A stretch of 64,000 nt of DNA from a virus (IMGVR_UViG_3300025133_000040:47832-111831), one strand, 5' to 3'. Positions 37,933 through 45,740 are shown, numbered from the stretch's first letter. The notes: a model not told the origin generated them from the sequence alone. Numbers and translations are program-made.

Positions 37933-38769
37933 AAAAGGGTCAATGAGACTATAATCACCATGAGTAATCTTTTGTTGTCGTACTCACAACGTCCGTTGGA
38001 CGATTTACGCCTCCGAAGAGAACTCCTGCCAGGGAGTCGATTAACAACGTGTCCACCTACCAAGTAGGTAATCACTCGCGACTGCAATATTTAAGAGCCT
38101 GCGTTAGCTCTATCTAAACAACTACTCAACCGCATCCATTAACTCTGCCTTGCGAGCAGTTCAACTCCGCTAGGAGTTTAGTCGCTTTCCTCGATTAACT
38201 TGATTGACCTTGCGAGTCGCCCAAGTCAGTATTACCCCGAAGGGCTACCGAATTAAGTCGCTTTCGTTGTCTAGTGTGTCAGGACTTTTGCTTTGGTTAA
38301 AAATACAGGAATCGAACCCATACAGATTGTTTGATACAACAATTGCCCTACCGTTAGGCTAATTTTCATTTGGCGAGAGACGTGCTGACACAGTTGCTCC
38401 ATATCCTTTTGGGATGCAGAATACAACACGCCTCTCTGTACAGAGTCTTGCGGACTCTTATACCGTAGTTCAAGAGAAGGTGTGCCCCCTCTCTCTCATA
38501 CTACCACATCCCACTTGTTTGCAGCTTGCAGAATGTAGTTACTGTTCCTTCCTCAGAAGTAAACTGTTAAATCCCTATCCCAGGCTATCACCTCTGGGAA
38601 GTAGTCGATAGTGTTACCCTCGTGCTACTTTCAGGCAGTCGTTCTTCCTATTGCCCATTACAGGACAACAAGGAAAGGTCAGCTTGAATGAATGGACTCT
38701 TACGAGCGACAGCTTGCCACGCTGCCTTTGGGGAGATTGCTCTCCTTACCCTAATGACTTCATACAGCC
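37933..38769 (-). ncRNA. GOLLD-like giant RNA (~840 nt)
   Basis: lies in a tRNA array; GTGTTGTATT..CAAAAGG..AGCAACTG segment, CTCGCAAG hairpins, 3' TAGTCTCA, embedded tRNA-like element. Confidence 0.75.
38294..38368 (-). ncRNA. tRNA-like element embedded in the GOLLD-like RNA
   Basis: D and T arms, encoded CCA, non-canonical anticodon loop TGTATCAA. Confidence 0.65.
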
Positions 38770-38772
38770 AAG

Positions 38773-38840
38773 TGGAGGTACAGGAAATCGAATCCTGCTA
38801 TCTTCTCTGCCAGAGAAAAATCTTGCCCACAAGCACCCCC
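38773..38840 (-). tRNA. tRNA-Ala(GGC), short D-arm
   Basis: loop CTGGCAG, G3:U70. Confidence 0.8.
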
Positions 38841-38910
38841 GTATCACTGATTCGTCCAGGCTGGCTCAGTGAAAGCCTTTTTAAATTCAACCGCCGCTGG
38901 CGGTGAACAG

Positions 38911-38983
38911 TGGACACAAAGGGAATCGAACCCTACACAACCGCATTGCAAGTGCAGTTCGCCCCCTTGGAACATGTGCGCCC
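38911..38983 (-). tRNA. tRNA-Ala(UGC)
   Basis: loop CTTGCAA, G3:U70. Confidence 0.88.
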
Positions 38984-39361
38984 TTAGTTTAGCACCCTGT
39001 CCAGCCACCAGTGCCAGTCAGGAAACTCTTCGTATAACTCGTATCTACACAGTATTCGCTCTCGAATATCTGTGTTCCACATTGCTACAGTAACGTCCAT
39101 CCAGTGCTTTCCAACAGCGTAGCCGTTGTACTTGTCGCCTGTCTGTTGGAATAACCCGAGTCTGAGGTCTCCCTCGCCACGAGATTCCCAGAGGAACATC
39201 GCAACCGCAGCGTCGTCGGAAAAGTCTAACACCTCAGACTCACCAGCGAAGTACTGGTAAATAGGCTGTATCCTTCTCCATTTCGTTGACGGCTTCGCCA
39301 TCAACTCAACAACTTCTATGCCCGCAGGCACAATCAACCTCAGAGACAGACCACGCTTCAC
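38984..39361 (-). CDS. hypothetical protein
   Basis: start probably MAKPST. Confidence 0.6.
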   Translation of the reverse strand: MKRGLSLRLIVPAGIEVVELMAKPSTKWRRIQPIYQYFAGESEVLDFSDDAAVAMFLWESRGEGDLRLGLFQQTGDKYNGYAVGKHWMDVTVAMWNTDIRERILCRYELYEEFPDWHWWLDRVLN

Positions 39362-39788
39362 GCCTTCCTAGCTTGATAACTTCATTGATTTTCTCAGACT
39401 CTACGATGCAACAAGCCATAAACCAAGCCTGAAACGCACCTTCGTCGTCCTTGAAAGCATATGCCATCTTAGCACACCGCTTAGCAAAGGCTTGAACATC
39501 ATCTGTTCTCGCTGAAAAATCTGTCTCTGTCAGCAACTCAATCATTGCTCCACCTTTATTCGGTGAAGAGTTGTCGCTGTGAATATATGTCTCTATAAGT
39601 CCAGGCATTAGGCCACCTTAAATCCAATCGTGATATTCCCGCTTTCCTGTGTACCCGCTGTATTCCCAATTGCATGTCAAGCACTTCTCCCAGTCGCCAG
39701 AGCTATCACGCTCGTGCTCGGAGTCGATACATTGCTGCATCGTTGTCTCTTCACAGTTTTCGCAGTATCGTTCATCATAATACATAAG

Positions 39789-39859
39789 TAGTCTTCCAGG
39801 GAGTCGAACCCCGCCAATCACCTTATCAGGGTGAGTCGCTCAACCAGAGCGCGAAGACC
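39789..39859 (-). tRNA. tRNA-Ile(GAU)
   Basis: loop CTGATAA. Confidence 0.85.
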
Positions 39860-39860
39860 A

Positions 39861-39948
39861 TGGGGGAAGGCTGGGGATTTGAACCCACATTCTCCCATAT
39901 GATAGCTTGTATCACAGGGCGCATTAACCACATATGCTATGCCCGACC
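39861..39948 (-). ncRNA. tRNA-like element with elongated anticodon arm
   Basis: canonical D and T arms, ~10-bp anticodon-arm helix, encoded CCA. Confidence 0.65.
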
Positions 39949-39953
39949 AAAAG

Positions 39954-40026
39954 GGTGATATGAGGGGGTTGAACCCTACTCTTCCTCGTTCACAGCGAGG
40001 CGTGCGACCGCTACACTAATACCACC
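39954..40026 (-). tRNA. tRNA-His(GUG)
   Basis: loop CTGTGAA, G-1:C73. Confidence 0.9.
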
Positions 40027-40032
40027 ATAAAG

Positions 40033-40102
40033 CAGGCTGTTGAGGAGTCGAACCCCATTCATTCGGGTTGGAACCGAAGACCTCTCCCAGGAGGAACAGC
40101 CT
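40033..40102 (-). tRNA. tRNA-Trp(CCA), short D-arm
   Basis: loop TTCCAAC. Confidence 0.8.
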
Positions 40103-40112
40103 GTGATACTTC

Positions 40113-40469
40113 CTAATTAGGAAGCACTAATTTGTTTCCTGGTACAGCGATTTGAGGCTTCTCAAACACCATAGCCAAGTACATCTCTTCAATTTCTTCA
40201 ATTGGTTTTCCGCTTTGCAGGACGTGCTCAGTGGAAATGTCAATTCTATCTTCTTCTGTCCTCAACAGAGGAAACGGCTTAGCGAGCGCCGGTCCCTGCT
40301 CTGTCTCAATGAACTGATAAGCATACTTAAGCCTTATCCGTCCCTGTGTTTTACCACCGTCGTCCACGCCAATAATGTCGTGCCCAGCTAGTGTCTTGAC
40401 ATATACTAAACTGTTTTCAACTTCAGTATAACTAGGCTTCTTTACTTGCGTATCCTCTGGCATCTGCAC
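40113..40469 (-). CDS. hypothetical protein (possibly Sm-like phage fold)
   Basis: VKTLAGHDIIG ... IAVP C-terminus. Confidence 0.6.
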   Translation of the reverse strand: MQMPEDTQVKKPSYTEVENSLVYVKTLAGHDIIGVDDGGKTQGRIRLKYAYQFIETEQGPALAKPFPLLRTEEDRIDISTEHVLQSGKPIEEIEEMYLAMVFEKPQIAVPGNKLVLPN

Positions 40470-40603
40470 TTCCTTTGTCGTAATCGACCTGTGATGTATC
40501 CTGTTAGTCCAATGCCACTAGCGAAGCTTAGTAACATAATTTCAAAAAACCCACCACAAATACATGATAGTAACATTAGTTAAAGTCCTTGTGTTGAGCT
40601 TAG

Positions 40604-40675
40604 TAGCGCGACGGGGAATTGAACCCCGGTCTCAAGGTTGAAAACCTAGTATCCTAACCACTAGACGACCGCGCC
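40604..40675 (-). tRNA. tRNA-Glu(UUC)
   Basis: loop TTTTCAA. Confidence 0.9.
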
Positions 40676-40686
40676 TTACTTCTTTA

Positions 40687-40714
40687 ATTATACACCTAAG
40701 TCGGCTGGAGTCAA
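40687..40714 (-). promoter_or_regulatory. promoter TTGACT-N16-TATAAT inside the 3' end of a CDS
   Basis: -10 box formed by GTA-TAA-T of the upstream gene. Confidence 0.8.
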
Positions 40715-40930
40715 GTCTTCACTTAAAAGAATTTTCTTAACTGCGTCGGCCAACTCAAGGCCCGTCTCTTTTCTCTCAGCATCCTCCGCAAGCAACTCAC
40801 CCTTAAGGTGACCATCACAATAACACTCGTAAGCAAACTCGCTGTAGTCCTTTGGTTGAGTCATAAGCTCCTTACCAAACACCCCATGAGTAAGACCCGT
40901 CATCGTATAGCTTAGCTTCTGCTTCTTCAT
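40688..40930 (-). CDS. hypothetical protein
   Basis: start MKKQKL after AAGGGAAAG. Confidence 0.6.
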   Translation of the reverse strand: MKKQKLSYTMTGLTHGVFGKELMTQPKDYSEFAYECYCDGHLKGELLAEDAERKETGLELADAVKKILLSEDLTPADLGV

Positions 40931-40955
40931 TGCTTTCCCTTTCCTGTGCCTCAAG

Positions 40956-41027
40956 TAACCCATCTCAGAATCGAACTGAGTCTTAAAGGTTCAAAACCTC
41001 GCGTGCGAACCATTACACTAATGGGTA
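40956..41027 (-). tRNA. tRNA-Gln(UUG)
   Basis: loop TTTTGAA. Confidence 0.85.
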
Positions 41028-41040
41028 GTAATGCTACAAG

Positions 41041-41114
41041 TAAGAGCGGTGGGAATCGAACCCACACTATACGGAATTTAAACCCGCTCCCTCTTCCATT
41101 TGGGGCACGCTCTC
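41041..41114 (-). tRNA. tRNA-Leu(UAA), short variable loop
   Basis: loop TTTAAAT. Confidence 0.8.
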
Positions 41115-41115
41115 A

Positions 41116-41185
41116 TGGCAGTCGCAAATGGTCTCTCACCACTATCTCCCCTGGCCTGGGGCATTTTGCTTTAAACTACACGACT
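41116..41185 (-). ncRNA. tRNA-like element with 6-nt AGGCCA loop
   Basis: full acceptor stem, G73-CCA, T-loop TGAGAGA. Confidence 0.6.
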
Positions 41186-41189
41186 AAAG

Positions 41190-41261
41190 TAGGGACAGTT
41201 GGACTCGCACCAACAACCTCTGGCTTTTGAAACCAGTGCTCTACTATTTGGCTATGCCCCC
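41190..41261 (-). tRNA. tRNA-Leu(CAA), short variable loop
   Basis: loop TTCAAAA. Confidence 0.82.
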
Positions 41262-41266
41262 TTAAG

Positions 41267-41338
41267 TAGTGACGGCGGGACTCGCACCCGCAACCTCCTG
41301 TTCCTAAAACAGGTGCTCTACTATTTGGCTACGTCACC
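41267..41338 (-). tRNA. tRNA-Leu(UAG), short variable loop
   Basis: loop TTTAGGA. Confidence 0.82.
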
Positions 41339-41345
41339 ATAATTA

Positions 41346-41415
41346 TAACACTACAGGATTCGAGACCTGCACCTCCTCCGCTCATGGAGACGAACCTCAA
41401 TTAGTCTAAGTGCCA
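41346..41415 (-). pseudogene. degenerate tRNA-Leu(GAG)-like
   Basis: 6-nt loop ATGAGC, 8-nt T-loop. Confidence 0.5.
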
Positions 41416-41420
41416 TAAAG

Positions 41421-41492
41421 CTGCCGCTGCGGGAGTTGCACCCACATTTCCCTGATGTTTGTCAGGTTGCCCTACTGTTGGACGAAGCGACA
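41421..41492 (-). ncRNA. tRNA-like element with unreadable anticodon loop (CAAACA)
   Basis: intact acceptor, D and T stems. Confidence 0.6.
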
Positions 41493-41496
41493 TCAA

Positions 41497-41608
41497 AGCA
41501 ACTCTGTACCATCCCAACATACGCTTTCGCAAGACAGACTACAGGAAGGTGGTAAGCCGTATCCTGCGTACTTTTCATCTCATCACGCCGTATGCGGGCA
41601 AAGCCGCA
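41497..41608 (-). ncRNA. candidate ~112-nt rod-shaped RNA
   Basis: long irregular hairpin filling the gap between tRNAs. Confidence 0.55.
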
Positions 41609-41610
41609 AG

Positions 41611-41683
41611 CTCTCAGTCCAGGTAACGCTCCTGGCAACATCTGGTTAACAGCCAGCGCCGTTCACTTGCTCGGTCACTGAGA
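41611..41683 (-). tRNA. tRNA-Asn(GUU)
   Basis: loop CTGTTAA; atypical T-loop AGCGTTA. Confidence 0.8.
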
Positions 41684-41737
41684 GTGTTGTGTCATGCTTG
41701 TTCTTAAAGTATAACACGGTTTCAGTTGGGGTCAACC

Positions 41738-42697
41738 CTAATCTTGAGGATATGTCCAACAATTTTCACATGGTGTTCCCTTTAGGTCTTTGGAAAGCAT
41801 TGCCTTCCTCAAATCCTGGTACTTCTGGCTATGCCAAGCCTCCATAAATGTCACTTCGTTTAAATCACCCATATCAAACTCATGGGTATGATTGAAACAA
41901 CAACCAGACATTTTACCGTCCCATGTGATTCTCGCCTCCCTAAAGAGAGCGAAGCATAAATCGGTCGTAAACGGTGCCCCGTAGCGACCAAAGTTTCCGA
42001 TGACGGGCTTCTTACCCATCGCCTCCATCTGTTCTAAATTAAGACCCGCCTGAGAGTACAAAGGAAGCCAGTAGTGCTCGTCCACATAGGGCCTCAGCTC
42101 TGCCACACTCTCTTCCATCTTCTCAAACTGCTCACCGTCATAGCGGATACTAGACAGGTACAAGCCACAGTCAGCCCCAAGTTCTTCTCGTACAGCGTAT
42201 GCGTCCTTAATGTTCTGGACCACTATATGAAAGTTTTTACCTGGAACTCTAGCCATTTCCTCAAACTGTTCTTCGTCTGAGCTGTTGAAACTAAACTTCA
42301 GACTGTCAAGTCCAGCCTCCATGCACTTTCTAACTGTTTCTTTCTTAGCTAACCGTCCGTTGGTTGTTAAGAATACATATGGGAACTTACAAACATTCTT
42401 AGCGTAATCAATTGCTTCCGGCAACCACTTACACAAGAATGACTCCCCTAGGAAAAACAACCCAATCTCTTCTACTCCGCTATCCCTTGCGTCTTTAACA
42501 GCCTTCTTAAAAAACTCTTTGTCCATTTCTGATTGCTCTCGCAACTTCAATGCCGTAGCGCAAAAGCTACATCGAAAATCACAATGAGCAGTAAGCTCGA
42601 TTTTCAAGGCGTGTGGACAAGGAGGCGTAACTGATTGACACTCTTCTGGAATTACCGTCACATTGTCAATTTTATCAGTGATTGTTCTTTTTTCCAC
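41738..42697 (-). CDS. radical SAM protein with SPASM/twitch domain
   Basis: CDFRCSFC, LGE, TTNG; C-terminal C...ITWDGKMSGCC...PCENC. Confidence 0.9.
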   Translation of the reverse strand: MEKRTITDKIDNVTVIPEECQSVTPPCPHALKIELTAHCDFRCSFCATALKLREQSEMDKEFFKKAVKDARDSGVEEIGLFFLGESFLCKWLPEAIDYAKNVCKFPYVFLTTNGRLAKKETVRKCMEAGLDSLKFSFNSSDEEQFEEMARVPGKNFHIVVQNIKDAYAVREELGADCGLYLSSIRYDGEQFEKMEESVAELRPYVDEHYWLPLYSQAGLNLEQMEAMGKKPVIGNFGRYGAPFTTDLCFALFREARITWDGKMSGCCFNHTHEFDMGDLNEVTFMEAWHSQKYQDLRKAMLSKDLKGTPCENCWTYPQD

Positions 42698-42710
42698 GCT
42701 TAGTTCCTTA

Positions 42711-42980
42711 TTATTCGTCGAGTTCCGATACTATAATACATTTATTAGTATCTGTATATTCCGAACCCGCAGTCATTGCTCCAGGCCCTTCAACTCCGCT
42801 GTAGTAATAGCTTTGATTAATGGCACTAATGCCATTTGATACGTTTTCTAGCTCGTTAAGCATAGCAGTACGAACACTTGTCAAACCTGTCACTAACCCC
42901 GCCACCAATATGCCGCTAAGCATAATATATTCAGCAGAAATAATCCCGCCGATTTCATCGTTCCATAGTCTTTGTAGCAT
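42711..42980 (-). CDS. Flp/type IVb pilin-like protein (planctomycete type)
   Basis: LWNDEIG/GIISAEY prepilin pattern, hydrophobic helix, INQSYYYSG. Confidence 0.8.
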   Translation of the reverse strand: MLQRLWNDEIGGIISAEYIMLSGILVAGLVTGLTSVRTAMLNELENVSNGISAINQSYYYSGVEGPGAMTAGSEYTDTNKCIIVSELDE

Positions 42981-43014
42981 GACTTATGTCTCTCTATATT
43001 AATAATTAATTGCA

Positions 43015-43086
43015 AGTTTGACCGCAGGAATCGAACCTGCCCCTCCTACTACGAGCAGGCGTGCTACCACCATACACTTGGTCGCA
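43015..43086 (-). pseudogene. degenerate tRNA
   Basis: T and D arms present, 5-nt anticodon loop, mismatched acceptor. Confidence 0.55.
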
Positions 43087-43087
43087 G

Positions 43088-43159
43088 TAGGGTATCGGAG
43101 AGTCGAACTCCGCGCTCCCTGCTCCCAAAGCAGGTGTCACACCCCGCGACTTATACCCT
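43088..43159 (-). tRNA. tRNA-Pro(UGG)
   Basis: loop TTTGGGA. Confidence 0.85.
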
Positions 43160-43163
43160 AGAC

Positions 43164-43421
43164 TTATCTTTTACTAACAGATGGGCCATAAACCCCTCCG
43201 CTAATCCTCCAAAGTTTCTTAGCCTTTCTTAAGGAGGTAGCAAATTCATCAGCTTCTTCCTTTGTTGGAAAAGCTTCTACTTCTTTATTTAGTTCTCCAA
43301 GAACCCCATAATTACAAAACCAAATCGACCCCCAAGTTACATACCAAAGTTGAATTGCTTCAACCGTGTGTGTTTCATTGGAGACCAAGGTCTCAATCTT
43401 TTTCTTCTTAAACGGCCACAT
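43164..43421 (-). CDS. hypothetical protein
   Basis: start MWPFKK after AGGAAAGAAAGG. Confidence 0.6.
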   Translation of the reverse strand: MWPFKKKKIETLVSNETHTVEAIQLWYVTWGSIWFCNYGVLGELNKEVEAFPTKEEADEFATSLRKAKKLWRISGGVYGPSVSKR

Positions 43422-43470
43422 AGCAACCTTTCTTTCCTGTTTCAAATTCCTAGGTGAGCAAAGCTCACAG

Positions 43471-43555
43471 TGAGAAGTAAGGGAATCGAACCCCCTGCCG
43501 CCACCGCACATATTAATGGCCAGTGGGCTACAACCACCGATGCGGAATACCTCTC
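43471..43555 (-). tRNA. tRNA-Tyr(GUA) lacking a D-arm
   Basis: loop TTGTAGC, 10-nt D-replacement loop, large variable arm. Confidence 0.75.
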
Positions 43556-43692
43556 ATGTTTTGCCAATAGTTACCGTCCACGGTTCTCTAGTAACTATTT
43601 ATTCCTGATGATTCAGAGCAACCCGAACCAGCTCTCAGCCTTTATCAGCGAACTTTCATAACTACCTACCGTCAGCAGTTATTACAAGCAAG

Positions 43693-43765
43693 CCACCTAG
43701 ACGGGAGTCGAACCCGCAACGCTCCGGTAGACAACCGGACCCCATTACCGTATGGGCTCTAGGCG
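43693..43765 (-). tRNA. tRNA-Asp(GUC)
   Basis: loop TTGTCTA, G73. Confidence 0.85.
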
Positions 43766-43789
43766 AAATAAGTGAGCGTTAGCTCACAG

Positions 43790-43861
43790 TAGGCAACCAG
43801 GGAATCGAACCCCATCCGATGCGTCCGAAGCGCATTGTGCTATCCATCACACCCGTCACCC
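43790..43861 (-). tRNA. tRNA-Arg(UCG)
   Basis: loop CTTCGGA. Confidence 0.88.
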
Positions 43862-43865
43862 AAAG

Positions 43866-43938
43866 TGGTGCCCTAGGGAATCGAACCCTACTACGCCGAA
43901 CTTCAACCGGCTGCCGTCACCAGATTAGCTAGGACACC
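43866..43938 (-). tRNA. tRNA-Phe(GAA)
   Basis: loop TTGAAGT. Confidence 0.88.
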
Positions 43939-44543
43939 ATAATATTCATGTTCAAACTTACCCATGACCATTACTGTCCTCTTGCAAGGACTTGTAATGT
44001 TCTTTACTCTTTTTCTGCCAAAAGGACACTTGGCCTACCGCAATCGGAAAGAAGTCATAGACTTCAACCAAGTTCTCGTAGGTAAAATGGGCATATGAAG
44101 GAAACTCACTACCCATAGGTCTGTAGACCCCGCCGTGTTCCTCAACATACTCAAAAATACAGCTATCATCAGGTCTCACTAAGTATCTCGCCTTCATTGG
44201 ATGGTCTCACCCTCATGCCCAGTAATTGCAGGCATAAACGCTCTTGCAAGCTCAGCTCGCCGTTCTGCCCAATCATCTTTAGACTTGCTAAAAACAGCCA
44301 TTAAGCTATCTGCACACTCCAAAGCCAACTCAAACGCATCTACTGAACCATCGCTCATACATATTTTCCTTTTATGTTATAGCTAAGGCACCTTCGTTAG
44401 GGTGCTAAAATGAAAAAAGCGTCACCAATTATGCTGCGCGGAGGTCCGTACCCTTATCGGCCCCATTATCATTACCATGATAAAAGGCGAGACGTTCGGG
44501 TTTTTGGGCCAACGGCCATAAATTGATTAAAGTATTCATAGAG

Positions 44544-44615
44544 CATCCGGTAGGGGAGTCGAACCCCTGTCCGCTGATAGAGAATCAGCTATCCTAGCCA
44601 CTAGACGAACCGGAC
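44544..44615 (-). tRNA. tRNA-Glu(CUC)
   Basis: loop TTCTCTA. Confidence 0.9.
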
Positions 44616-44652
44616 AAAAGTGAGGAGAAGCTTTCTTCTCCTGACTATTATA

Positions 44653-44680
44653 AGTATACACCCAAAACGCCTGGAGTCAA
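44653..44680 (-). promoter_or_regulatory. promoter TTGACT-N16-TATACT heading the main tRNA array
   Basis: repeated motif; -35 overlaps the TGA of the RimI-like gene. Confidence 0.8.
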
Positions 44681-45114
44681 CTATAATTCAGAAAAACTTT
44701 TTCACGAACCATTGGATAGTAGTCCCCAGTAACGCCAGTAGCCCTAAATCCCATCTTTTTAAGGAACAACTGACCCCTTAAATTATCGTCCCGAACCTCA
44801 AATTCGATACGATTGCGACTAGGACGAAACTTTGCCAACATTTTATCCATCATTCTTGTGCCAACCTTCCGGCGGCGAAAATCCTCATGGACAGCAAATG
44901 TTATCATATAATACTTTTCTTTCATAAGCTCGTAAAGCATATAGCCAGCAAGCTCATCATTTAATGTCGCAACCAGTCCGATACAGTTCCTTCTTTTAAG
45001 TATGTCGGTAAATTCCTGTCGCGTCATAGGGTCGTCAAAACACATCCACTCCGTCTGAGAAACCCAATCCATATCCGCTGCAATCATCCACCTCATAAAA
45101 AACTTGTCGGTCAT
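44677..45114 (-). CDS. RimI-like GNAT acetyltransferase
   Basis: RWMI..DM, RNCIGLVA, AVHEDFRRRKVG, EVRDDN..QLFLKKMGF. Confidence 0.85.
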   Translation of the reverse strand: MTDKFFMRWMIAADMDWVSQTEWMCFDDPMTRQEFTDILKRRNCIGLVATLNDELAGYMLYELMKEKYYMITFAVHEDFRRRKVGTRMMDKMLAKFRPSRNRIEFEVRDDNLRGQLFLKKMGFRATGVTGDYYPMVREKVFLNYS

Positions 45115-45155
45115 CGTTGCTTGTCTCCATGATTATACAGGTAATCCAGCTAGGG

Positions 45156-45740
45156 TCAAGGGAGTATTCTCACTTTTCCCAAATCAATTTGCTTTTGAAT
45201 GTATGCCGCCTCTTTTCCCCAGTTGTGCCCCCTGGACCCAACCCCGCTTTTTGGGTAGTAGTGCTTGAACTGCCCCTTATACCCCTCCACGTAGTCAAAC
45301 CCAGTGATATAAAAGGGCCTATCTAACACATCACAGAAGTACCCTATAGCTAATACACCTACAGAGCACCACTCCTTGCTTGGTTGGTTTATTCCTACTG
45401 CCTCACCAATTTTCTGACAGAACCCCGAACCCACATGTACGTATTTTTTATTATAGATGTTTCGTACGTTCTTAGCTCGTCCGTTCATAGACGCTGTGCC
45501 GCTACAATATGTGACAAAATTTATTACCTTTTTCAGGTCTGGAGCCTTACACCAATGAACGTCGTGGGTCGAGCGACGACAAAAGTAGTCAACTCGCTCG
45601 CCGCAGTCCCTCTCGAAACCCTTAACAACATAGTTGTTCATGCGAGACACAACACCAAAGGAATCAATCACCTCTCCCTTTCTCTTGTCTTTCAGGGTGG
45701 AGCCGTTACCAACTAGAATAAGCGTCTTTGAATAACTCAT
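45156..45740 (-). CDS. GT29 sialyltransferase-like protein
   Basis: LVGNG...GEVIDSF..VSRMN (sialylmotif L-like), SVG, GFD, HYY, H.W..E. Confidence 0.75.
   Translation of the reverse strand: MSYSKTLILVGNGSTLKDKRKGEVIDSFGVVSRMNNYVVKGFERDCGERVDYFCRRSTHDVHWCKAPDLKKVINFVTYCSGTASMNGRAKNVRNIYNKKYVHVGSGFCQKIGEAVGINQPSKEWCSVGVLAIGYFCDVLDRPFYITGFDYVEGYKGQFKHYYPKSGVGSRGHNWGKEAAYIQKQIDLGKVRILP

Noticed and set aside
41497-41608. RNase P RNA or SRP RNA
   Set aside because: Too short and lacks CR-I (GAGGAAAGTCC) for RNase P; lacks the SRP helix-8 motif
37300-44615. Recurring GGAATCGAACC / GGAGTCGAACC as a CRISPR-like repeat
   Set aside because: These are tRNA T-arms; no cas genes or constant repeats are present
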